From assembly GCA_964187785.1 (NCBI GenBank), contig OZ076413.1:40424001-40488000 (forward strand): 64,000 bases of DNA, given 5' to 3'. Source of the stretch: Amphiscolops sp. MND2022. Lineage: Eukaryota. How positions within the stretch are numbered: the stretch's first letter is position 1; each line of letters starts with the position of its first letter. The notes under the pieces were generated by a model that saw only the letters and a program-made list of their open reading frames with translations, was not told the DNA's origin and ran no database searches. Below are positions 37,301-48,695 of the stretch, one piece after another. A program made the position numbers and the translations under genes.

Positions 37301-40300
37301 CGCCGCAATCCCTCTGCCAACGGCTGGTAAGCTATAACTAATCTAAATACACACGGAGACGCTAAGTTGCAATTGTGATTTTGCCTTAGTTGGAATGAAG
37401 GTTTAAACAGAAAATGCAAAGGAAATTTTACCAGAGATAATAAAGTCATAAGTCATGCGAAGGGTTTCTAACTGGAGGAGAGTTGTGTTGTAAGGTAGGT
37501 GATGAAGCTGTTACCCACCTCACAATTGGGTGCTAAAATTAGTTTTATTTGCTCTACTTCATTCATGAAGATTAACCAAAAGAATACGCTGTAAGCACAT
37601 CATACGAAATATTTTTACTTTCAATTATAAAGGGGTGCTTCAACATTATCATTTCACCCTGATTTAACTAATAAACTGAGAATAAAGCTGCTGTACTTAC
37701 GCTTAAAACAAATAAGAAAGATTTTTGTGACGTCACTAGCTAGAGAATTGGAATGATTTCTATGATCGCCGCAATCCCTCTGCCAACGGCTGATAAGCTA
37801 TAACTAATCTAAATACACACGGAGACGCTAAGTTGCCATTGTGATTTTGCCTTAGTTGGAATGAAGGTTAAAACAGAAAATGAAAAAGATTTTTTTCCAG
37901 AGATAATAAAGTCATAAGTTATCCGAAAGGTTTCAAATTGGACTAAAGTTATGTTGTGAGGCAAGTGATGGAACTGTTTCCCACCTCTCAATTGGGTGCT
38001 AAAATTAGTTTGCATTGCTCTACTTCATTCATGAAGATTAACCAAAAGAATACGCTGTATGCACGTCATACGGAACATTTTTACTTTCAATTATAAAGGG
38101 GTGCTTCAACATTATCATTTCACCCTGATTTAACTAATAAACTAAGAATGAAGCTGCTGTACTTACGCTTAAGCAAGTAAGAAAGATTTTTGTGACGTCA
38201 CTAGCTAGAGAATTGGAATGACTTCTCTGATCGCCGCAACACCTCTGCCAACCACTGGTAAGCTATAACCAATCTCATTACACACAAATAGGCTAAGTTG
38301 CAGTTGTAAAATTGTCTTAGTTGAAATGAAGGTTAATACAGAAAATGAAAGAAATTTTTTACCAGAGATAATAAAGTCATAAGTTATCCGAAGGGTTTCT
38401 AATTGGACTAAAGTTGTGTTGTGAGGTAAGTGATAAAGCTGTTTCCCACCTCACAATTGGGTGCTAAAATTAGTTTGCTTTGCTGTACTTCATTCATGAA
38501 GTATAACCAAAAGAATACGCTGTAAGCACGTCATACGAAGCATATTTACTTTCAATTATAGATGGATGTTTCAACATCATCATTTCACTCTGATTCAAAT
38601 ATTAAACTGAAAAGAAAGCTGCTCTATTTGCGCTTAAGCAAATAAGAATGATTTTGTGACGTCACTGGCTAGAGAATTGGAAAATTGAAATAATTTCTGT
38701 GATCGCCGCAACCTCTTTGCCAACCGCTGGTAATCTATAACTAATCTAATTACAACGGAGACGCTAAGTTGCAATTGTAAAATAGTCTTAGTTGAAAAGA
38801 GGGTTTGAACAGAAAATGCAAAGGAAATTTTACCAGAGATAATAAAGTCATAAGTCATGCGAAGGGTTTCCAACTGGAGGAGAGTTGTGTTGTAAGGTAA
38901 GTGATGAAGCTGTTACCCACCTCACAATTGGGTGCTAAAACTAGTTTGCTTTGCTCTACTTCATTCATGAAGATTAACCAAAAGAATACGCTGTAAGCAC
39001 GTCATACGAAACATTTTTACTTTCAATTATAAAAGGGTGCTTCAACATTATCATTTCACCCTGATTTACCTAATAAACTGAGAATAAAGCTGCTGTACTT
39101 ACGCTTAAGCAAATAAGAAAGATTTTTGTGACGTCACTAGCTAGAGAATTGGAATGATTTCTGTGATCGCCGCAATCCCTCTGCCAACGGCTGGTAAGCT
39201 ATAACTAATCTAAATACACACGGAGACGCTAAGTTGCAATTGTGATATTGCCTTAGTTGGAATGAAGGTTAAAACAGAAAATAAAAAGGAAATTTTACCA
39301 GAGATAATAAAGTCATAAGTTACCCGAAAGGTTTCAAATTGGACTAAAGTTATGTTGTGAGGCAAGTGATGGAACTGTTCCCCACCTCTCAATTGGGTGC
39401 TAAAATTAGTTTGCATTGCTCTACTTCATTCATGAAGATTAACCAAAAGAATACGCTGTAAGCACGTCATACGAAACATTTTTACTTTCAATTATAAAGG
39501 GGTGCTTCAACTTTATCATTTCACCCTAATTCAACTAATAACCTGAGAATAAAGCTGCTGTACTTACGCTTAGGCAAATAAGAAAGATTTTTGTGCGTCA
39601 CTAGCTAGAGAATTGGAATGATTTCTGTGATCGCCGCAATCCCTCTGCCAACGGCTGGGAAGCTATAACTAATCTAAATACACACGGAGACGCTAAGTTG
39701 CAATTGTGATATTGCCTTAGCTGGAATGAAGGTTAAAACAGAAAATGGGAAGGGTTTTTTTTACCAGGGATAATAAAGTCATAAGTTATTCGAAAGGTTT
39801 CAAATTGGACTAAAGTTATGTTGTGGGGCAAGTGATGGAACTGTTTCCCACCTCTCAATTGGGTGCTAAAATTAGTTTGCATTGCTCTACTTCATTCATG
39901 AAGATTAACCAAAAGAATACGCTGTAAGCACGTCATACGAATCATTTTTACTTTCAATTATAAAGGGGTGCTTCAACATTATCATTTCACCCTGATTTAA
40001 CTAATAAACTGAGAATAAAGCTGCTGTACTTACGCTTAAGCAAATAAGAAAGATTTTTGTGACGTCACTAGCTAGAGAATTGGAATGATTTCTGTGATCG
40101 CCGCAATCCCTCTGCCAACAGCTGGTAAGCTATAACTAATCTAAATACACACGGAGACGCTAAGTTGCAATTGTGATATTGCCTTAGTTGGAATGAAGGG
40201 TAAAACAGAAAATAAAAAGGAAATTTTACCAGAGATAATAAAGTCATAAGTCATGCGAAGGGTTTCTATCTGGAGGAGAGTTGTGTTGTGAGATAAGTGA

Positions 40301-43300
40301 TAAAGCTGTTTCCCACCTAACAATTGGGTGCTAAAATTAGTTTGCTTTGCTGTACTTCATTCATGAAGAATAACCAAAAGAATACGCTGTAAGCACGTCA
40401 TACGAAGCATTTTTACTTTCATTCATAGTTGGATGTTTCAACATCATCATTTCACTCTGATTCAACTATTAAACTGAAAAGAAAGCTGTTGTATTTGCGC
40501 TTATGCAAATAAGAGTAATTTTGTGACGTCACTGGCTAGAGAATTGGAAAATTGAAATAATTTCTGTGATCGCCGCAATCCCTCTGCCAACCGCTGGTGA
40601 TCCATAACTAATCTAAATACAACGGAGACGCTTAGTTGCAATTGTGAAATAGTCTTAGTTGAAAAGAAGGTTTCAACAGAAAATGCAAAGGAAATTTTAC
40701 CAGAGATAAAAAAGTCATAAGTCATGCGAAGGGTTTCTAACTGGAGGAGAGTTGTGTTGTAAGGTAAGTGATGAAGCTGTTACCCACCTCTCAATTGGGT
40801 GCTAAAATTAGTTTGCTTTGCTCTACATCATCCATGAAGTTTAACCAAAAGAATACGCTGTAAGCACGTCATACGAAACATTTTTACTTTCAACTATAAA
40901 GGGGTGCTTCAACATTATCATTTCACCTTGATTTAACTAATAATCTGAGAATAAAGCTGCTGTACTTACGCTTAAGCAAATAAGAAAGATTTTTGTGACG
41001 TCACTAGCTAGAGAATTGGAATGATTTCTGTGATCGCCGCAATCCCTCTGCCAATGGCTGGTAAGCTATAACTAATTAAAATACACACGGAGACGCTAAG
41101 TTGCAATTGTGATAATGCCTTAGTTGGAATGAAGGTTAAAGCAGAAAATGAAAAGGATTTTTTACCAGAGATAATAAAGTCATAAGTTACCCGAAAGTTT
41201 TCAAATTGGACTAAAGTTATGTTGAGAGGCAAGTGTTGGAACTGTTTCCCACCTCTCAATTGGGTGCTAAAATTAGTTTGCATTGCTCTACTTCATTCAT
41301 GAAGATTAACCGAGAAAATACGCTGTGCGCAAGTCATACGAAACTTTTTTACTTTCAATCATAAATGAACGCTTCAACATTATCGTTTAACTCTGACTTA
41401 ACTACTAAACTGAAAATAAAGCTGCTGCATTCACTCTTGAGCAAAAAGGAATGATTTTGTGACTTCACTGACTAGAGAATTGCAATGATTTCTGTGATCG
41501 TCGCAACACCTCTGTCAACCGCTGGTAAGCTATAACCAATCTCATTACACACAAATTTGCTAAGTTGCAGCTGTAAAATTGTCTTAGTTGAAATGAAGAT
41601 TTAAACAGAAATTGAACGGGAATTTTTACCAGAGGTAATAAAGTCATAAGTTATCCGAAGGGTCCCTAATTGGACTAAAGTTGTGTTGTGAGGTAAGTGA
41701 CAAAGCTGTTTCTCACCTCACAATTGGGTGCTAAAATTAGTTTGCTTTGCTGTACTTCATTCATGAAGAATAACCAAAAGAATACGCTGTAAGCACGTCG
41801 TACGAAGCATTTTTACTTTCAATTATAGATGGATGTTTCAACATCATCATTTCACTCTGATTCAATTATTAAACTGAAAAGAAAGCTGTTGTATTTGCGC
41901 TTATGCAAATAAGAGTGATTTTGTGACGTCACTGGCTAGAGAATTGGAAAATTGAAATAATTTCTGTGATCGCTGCAATCCCTCTGCCAACCGCTGGTGA
42001 TCCATAACTAATCTAAATACAACGGAGACGCTTAGTTGCAATTGTGAAATAGTCTTAGTTGAAAAGAAGGTTTCAACAGAAAATGCAAAGGAAATTTTAC
42101 CAGAGATAAAAAAGTCATAAGTCATGCGAAGGGTTTCTAACTGGAGGAGAGTTGTGTTGTAAGGTAAGTGATGAAGCTGTTACCCACCTCTCAATTGGGT
42201 GCTAAAATTAGTTTGCTTTGCTCTACATCATTCATGAAGTTTAACCAAAAGAATACGCTGTAAGCACGTCATACGAAACATTTTTACTTTCAACTATAAA
42301 GGGGTGCTTCAACATTATCATTTCACCTTGATTTAACTAATAATCTGAGAATAAAGCTGCTGTACTTACGCTTAAGCAAATAAGAAAGATTTTTGTGACG
42401 TCACTAGCTAGAGAATTGGAATGATTTCTGTGATCGCTGCAATCCCTCTGCCAATGGCTGGTAAGCTATAACTAATCAAAATACACACGGAGACGCTAAG
42501 TTGCAATTGTGATAATGCCTTAGTTGGAATGAAGGTTAAAGCAGAAAATGAAAAGGATTTTTTACCAGAGATAATAAAGTCATAAGTTACCCGAAAGTTT
42601 TCAAATTGGACTAAAGTTATGTTGAGAGGCAAGTGTTGGAACTGTTTCCCACCTCTCAATTGGGTGCTAAAATTAGTTTGCATTGCTCTACTTCATTCAT
42701 GAAGATTAACCGAGAGAATACGCTGTGCGCAAGTCATACGAAACTTTTTTACTTTCAATCATAAATGAACGCTTCAACATTATCGTTTAACTCTGACTTA
42801 ACTACTAAACTGAAAATAAAGCTGCTGCATTCACTCTTGAGCAAAAAGGAATGATTTTGTGACTTCACTGGCTAGAGAATTGCAATGATTTCTGTGATCG
42901 TCGCAACACCTCTGTCAACCGCTGGTAAGCTATAACCAATCTCATTACACACAAATTTGCTAAGTTGCAGCTGTAAAATTGTCTTAGTTGAAAGGAAGAT
43001 TTAAACAGAAATTGAACGGGAATTTTTACCAGAGGTAATAAAGTCATAAGTTATCCGAAGGGTTCCTAATTGGACTAAAGTTGTGTTGTGAGGTAAGCGA
43101 CAAAGCTGTTTCTCACCTCACAATTGGGTGCTAAAATTAGTTTGCTTTGCTGTACTTCATTTATGAAGAATAACCAAAAGAATACGCTGTAAGCACGTCG
43201 TACGAAGCATTTTTACTTTCAATTATAGATGGATGTTTCAACATCATCATTTCACTCTGATTCAACTATTAAACTGAAACGAAAGCTGCTGTAATTGCGC

Positions 43301-45925
43301 TTAAGCAAATAAGAATGATTTTGTGACGTCACTGGCTAGAGAATTGGAAAATTGAAACAATTTCTGTGATCGCCGCAACCCCTCTGCCAACCGCTGGTAA
43401 TCTAAAACTAATCTAAATACAACGGAGACGCTAAGTTGCAATTGTAAAATAGTCTTAGTTGAAAAGAAGGTTTCAACAAAAAATGCAAAAGAAATTTTAC
43501 CAGAGATAAAAAAAGTCATAAGTCATGCGAAGGGTTTCTAACTGGAGGAGAGTTGTGTTGTAAGGTAAGTGATGAAGCTGTTACCCACCTCACAATTGGG
43601 TGCTAAAATTAGTTTGCTTTGCTCTACTTCATTCATGAAGATTAACCAAAAGAATACGCTGTAAGCACGTCATACGAAACATTTTTACTTTCAGTTATAA
43701 AGGGGTGCTTCAACATTATCATTTCACCCTGATTTAACTAATAACCTGAGAATAAAGCTGCTGTACTTACGTTTAAGCAAAGAAGAAAGATTTTTGTGAC
43801 GTCACTAGCTAGAGAATTGGAATGATTTCTGTGATCGCCGCAATCCCTCTGCCAACGGCTGGTAAGCTATAACTAACCTAAATACACACGGAGACGCTAA
43901 GTTGCAATTGTGATATTGCCTTAGTTGGAATGAAGGTTAAAACAGAAAATGGAAAGGATTTTTTACCAGAGGTAATAAAGTCATAAGTTATCCGGAGGGT
44001 TTCTAATTGGACTAAATTTGTGTTGTGGAGCAAGTGATGAAGCTGTTTCCCTCCTCACAATTGGGTGCTAAACTTATTTTGCTTTGCTCTACTTCATTCA
44101 TGAAGATTAACCAAAAGAATACGCTGTAAGCACGTCATACGAAACATTTTTACATTCAATTATAAATGGACGCTTCAACATTATCGTTTCACTCTGACTT
44201 AACTAATAAACTGAAAATGAAGCTGCTGCATTTACTCTTAAGCAAAAATTTTACTGCTGCATTTACTCTTAAGCAAATGATTTGTGACTTCACTGGCTAT
44301 AGAATTGGAATGATTTCTGTGATCGCCGCAATCTCTCTGCCAAACGCTGGTAAACTATAACTAATCGAAATACACACGGAGACGCCAAGTTGCAATTGCG
44401 AAATTGTCTTACTCGAAATGAAGGTTAAAACAGAAAACGAAAGGCTTTTTTTACCAGAGATAAAAAAAGTCATAAGTTATTCAAAGGAATTCTAATTGGA
44501 CTAAACTTGTGTTGTAAGGTAAGTGATAAAACTGTTTCCCACCTCACAATTGGGTGCTAAAATTAGTTTGCTTTGCTGTACTTCATTCATGAAGAATAAC
44601 CAAAAGAATACGCTGTAAGCACGTCATACGAAGCATTTTTACTTTCAATTATAGATGGATGTTTCAACAAAATCATTTCACTCTGATAAAACTAATAAAT
44701 TGAAAACAAAGCTGCTGTGTTTCGCTTAATCAAAAAGAATGATTTTTTTGACGTCACTAGCTAGAGAAATGGAATGATTTCTGTGATCGCCGCATTCCCT
44801 CCGCCAGCCGCTGGTAAGGTATAACTAGTCTAAATACACACGGAGACTCTAGGTTGCAACTGTAAAATTGTCTTCGTAGAAATGAAGATCGAAACAGAAA
44901 ATGAAAGGGAATTTTTACCAGAGGTAATAAAATCATAAGTGATGCGAAGGGTTTCTAATTGGAATAATGATGTCTTGTAAGGCAAGTGATGAAGCTGTTT
45001 CCCAACTCACAATTGGGTGCTATAATTAGTTTGCTTTGCTGTACTTCATTCATGAAGAATAACCAAAAGAATACGCTGTAAGCACGTCATACGAAACATT
45101 TTACTTTCAATTATAATTGGATGTTTCAACAAAATTTTTTCTTTCTGATATAACTAATAAACTGAAAATAAAAATTGCTGTATTTGCGCTTAAGCAAAAA
45201 AGAAAGATTTTTTTTGACGTCGCTGGCTAGAGAATTGGAAAATTGAAATAATTTCTGTAATTCGGAAAAAGTCGCACAGTGCCGGAAAATGTAAAAGGGG
45301 GGACCCTTTTTGATTTATAAACACGCATTCTGTAGCAAAATAACAAAAAACTCAAAGGGGGGACCCTTTGGGGACATTAAAAAAAATTCGAAAAAAAATC
45401 TCACAGCGCCGAAAAAAAAATCGAAGGGGGGGGGGTGTACGAAACTTTAGTCCCGTCCGGGCTTGTATGTAACGTTGAAAAAGTGAATGAATGCGCTCCC
45501 CGTGTTTGCCTTTAGCGGTCCAGTAGTTTAGTACTTTTAGTAGTTGAACGTTAATTTTAACTTTTAACGTTCGTCGCTTCGAGTCTGTCTTAAATAAAAA
45601 AAAACGAGTGACTGTAATAGTCGGGCTCTTTTCTTAAGAAAAGCGCCGACTAAAAATAAAAGAGAATTTTTACCAGAGATGCTAAAGTCATAAGTTATCC
45701 GAAGGGTTTCTAATTGGAATAAAGTTGTGTTGTAGGGTAAGTGATGAAGCTGTTTCCGAACTCACAACTGGGTGCTATAAGTAGTTTGCTTTGCTGTACT
45801 TCATTCATGAAGAATAACCAAAAGAATACGCTGTAAGCACGTCATACGAAACATTTTTACTTTAAATTTTGAACGGATGTTTCAACATTATCATTTCACT
45901 CTGATTTAACTAACAAACTGAAAAT
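19375..45925. repeat. Tandem satellite array, ~57 monomers of ~465-473 bp with higher-order repeats
   Basis: Recurring anchors AGCTGCTGTA, GTGACGTCAC, GATCGCCGCAATCCCTCTGCCAAC, CAATTGGGTGCTAAAATTAG and TCATTCATGAAGA at ~467-bp period. Near-identical ORF translations recur at offsets 1398, 1400, 1407 and 1867. Confidence 0.98.
45259..45656 (+). mobile_element. ~400-bp non-coding insertion in the satellite, with Helitron/MITE-like features
   Basis: Internal subrepeats (CACAG(T/C)GCCG...AAAGGGGGGACCCTTT) and a terminal hairpin TAGTCGG-CTTTTCTTAAGAAAAG-CCGACTA (45618-45652). It replaces ~130 bp of a monomer. Confidence 0.5.
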
Positions 45926-47128
45926 GCAACGAAAACTTAACGTCACTCCAACTTAGATGGATCTTTTTGTTACTTTTCCTTTTGAGATTTGTAGTAACTG
46001 CAGTTGAATAGAAACTACACATTCGTACTACAAAGGTATTATGCACTGTGCTAATACCAGTTAATCCCAGACCTTTTGAGTTGTTGATAATCCTTGTTAT
46101 TTTGAGATATTTTGTTCAAAGTTAATGTTCAATTTAGCAATGCTCAACTATACGGCCAATTTGCGTTTTGTTTCATGCTAAGGATGAATTACTAATCATT
46201 TAAATAATATTACATTTAACAAGTAATTCGCTAAAGTCTTTTCAGCATCACTTTCTCCTTTATTTTTGAATTAGTGTTGAAAATACTTTTTTCTCTCCGT
46301 TCTAACCACGTGACATTTCGCTCCTCCAATTTTTGTCCAATTCTTTCCAAGTTTCTAATTTAGAAGTTGAGTATTTGTTCTTTCAAGCGTGCTATCTTCG
46401 TTGGAAATTTAGCCAAACTTTTATTTTGCCTGCATTTTAACGCTCGAACAGGAAATTTACCGGTGTGAAAAGAATTATTCAAACAAAAGTGACGAAGAAC
46501 TTGTGCAACTATGGATTTCGATACCAGATTTTGTGAGGCGGGACGGAAATAATACGAATCAACTGGCTTTTTTTAGTGAATAAACCCGATTTCCAGGAAA
46601 TTTTAGGTGAGGAACAAATGATGCTGGAAAGGTATAAATTTTTTGAACAATTGTAAAATACCAATTTTTTAGTTATTTTGCTACTTGTGTTTCTTGTTCT
46701 TAAACGTGTATTTAACGTCAAAGGTAATTCAGAACTCTCAAAGCAGTTTTTCTTTCTTCGAAAATGACATCTAGAAACCAGAAAAGAAAAACAGTTTAGG
46801 AATTAGTCTCAAGAGATATTGGAACTCCGATAACTGAGAGTAATCCTACCGGAAGTCTTATCGGTGGATCTAGCAAATCACCAAGAGTACAACTTGAATA
46901 CCTAGACGAAATCAAAACGTCTTTCAGGAAGGAAATCATGTCTGATCTCGTTAAGCTCCAAGCTGAAAATCAAAAGGAGATGTTAAACCTAATAGCTCCC
47001 GTCGCTAAGAAAACTTCAGATCTGCAAAACTTTGGAGATTCTGATGCTGAGAACACCTTTATAGCCCCAACTTCAACTTTTTTAAAACTAAAATATCTCA
47101 AATACCACTCCGTTAGCCAGTCGTAACA
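45926..47128 (+). repeat. 3' part of a Gypsy LTR with an LTR-borne ORF remnant
   Basis: ORF from ATG 46764 (MTSRNQKRK...SKSPRVQLEYLDEIKTSFRKEIMSDLVKLQAENQKEMLNLIAP) ends at GTCGTAACA. No PBS follows, so it is a 3' or solo LTR end. Confidence 0.6.
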
Positions 47129-48695
47129 AAGTCAAAACTGAAATCATATAATATTTTTCACTTCATTACTAGTGTTCAATACTGGTAGTACCGACTGGAT
47201 CACTTCGTTTACGTACGTTCACTTCTCAACTACTCATTTTGATGTCATCACCTTTTGGCAAATAAGGTCGCTGAAAGTGACTATATTTTGCAGTCTATAG
47301 AATGACAGCAAAATTGGAAAGAAAATTCGAGATACATTTTCTTCCTGAATCTCATGCAGAGTTTTCTAGCTTGTCAACTGAAAGGGATCTCTTCTTAAAA
47401 AAGGCTACGATTGTACTGTTTTAGCATCACGATTGGAGTTGTTTCGCAAGAACTCACGAATACAATGAAAGTGCACAGACTCAACTACTGTAATCAAAGG
47501 ATCACTCCTGTTACCGAACTATTTGAGAAGTTCATGGAAGAATCAAAAAATGGAGTTACGAGTTGGAGTACTGTATACCGACACCTCACAAGCTCTGTCA
47601 TTTTATCAAGGCAACTCAGTTGTGGACGTCAGCAGCTGATTGAAGGTACATCACTGAAGATTTCCACCTTTTGGAGTGGTTTGGATTGAAGCTTTGGAAG
47701 CGCATGTTGTTAAAAACCAGTGATATCACAAACAAATATCAAATATAATAAAAATTATTATATTACGAAATTATTCATTGAAATGTAAAATGAACTGAAC
47801 TATACTTAGGTTTAAAAACTGTGAAAAGTGTATTTTTGCTCTCTAATAGTAAACTGTCTACTGTCCTGAAAGTTAACATTTTAATTTCTTTTGTTTCAGT
47901 CTCCCGAAATGATCCAAAAAAAGCAACTGATTGCAGGTTCGAGACCCTCAAAGGTATGATAGAATCGCGAACCACGCATTTTTCAAATATGCGCAATATT
48001 TACACGTAAAAAAGATTTTCTATTCTTTCTTCGTCGGTCTATTGGAACTGAAAAGCTTTCACTATAATTTCAACCCTCATATCTAAGTTCGTTGAAAGTT
48101 GACAGCTGTTAAGACAGGGTAAAACTTCGGATGATGATTACTTTTGAGCGATAAGTATAGTTGATTGAGACCACAGTCCTATTCTCGGAGAAATTTTCTG
48201 CTTGATGGTTGAAACTTTGTGTTTCCAAATGTTTTATTACCGACAAAAATTTGGTTTTTTGTAGAACCAGGGCTGGTCAGTGAGCACCTCATTGCACCAG
48301 AACCCATTTTGGAGCCGATGACAGCGGTAATTAACATGTGGAGAGATCCCCCAACACCTGTGGAAATTACGGTGCACCAAGCTATAGTAGAGCAGCTGAA
48401 TCCAAAGCAGCAGATGGCAATTCAGTGTCTACAAGCGATCATTCAACAAGAGAAACGTTAGTGACCTTAACGTAAAATAAAGACGCAAGTAGATTTTTGC
48501 TAGTACACAGCCAAGACTAGCAAATAGGTAGCGAACATAATTAAGCAATACACTCCACGCTGACAGTCAAGAATGAATGAACAGCGCCTGCCACTGTAAC
48601 GTTTGCGTATCCTCGATTAACAGCAGTCGTTAATCATCGGAGTAGATTGAAAACTAACAGCTACAAAGTTTGAGTAAAGCTTCCCATTTCAAAAC

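Noticed and set aside
19421-44360. Repeated 60-93 aa ORFs in the satellite (e.g. MQTNFSTQLRGGKQF...) as a gene family
   Set aside because: Different frames are open in different monomer subtypes, starts depend on single variants, and indels are not multiples of three (8-nt variant, 160-bp deletions).
19430-44830. Protein-coding exon RIGMISVIAAIPLPTA with apparently synonymous ACN variation
   Set aside because: The variation is explicable by CpG decay, and the 8-nt length variant upstream shifts the frame in about a third of monomers.
19375-45925. CRISPR array
   Set aside because: Units are ~467 bp, wholly homologous, with no unique spacers or cas genes, in a eukaryotic retroelement context.
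47200-48640. Coding remnants at 47411..47689 and 48219..48461
   Set aside because: Fragments are short and lack recognisable motifs, so they cannot be assigned.
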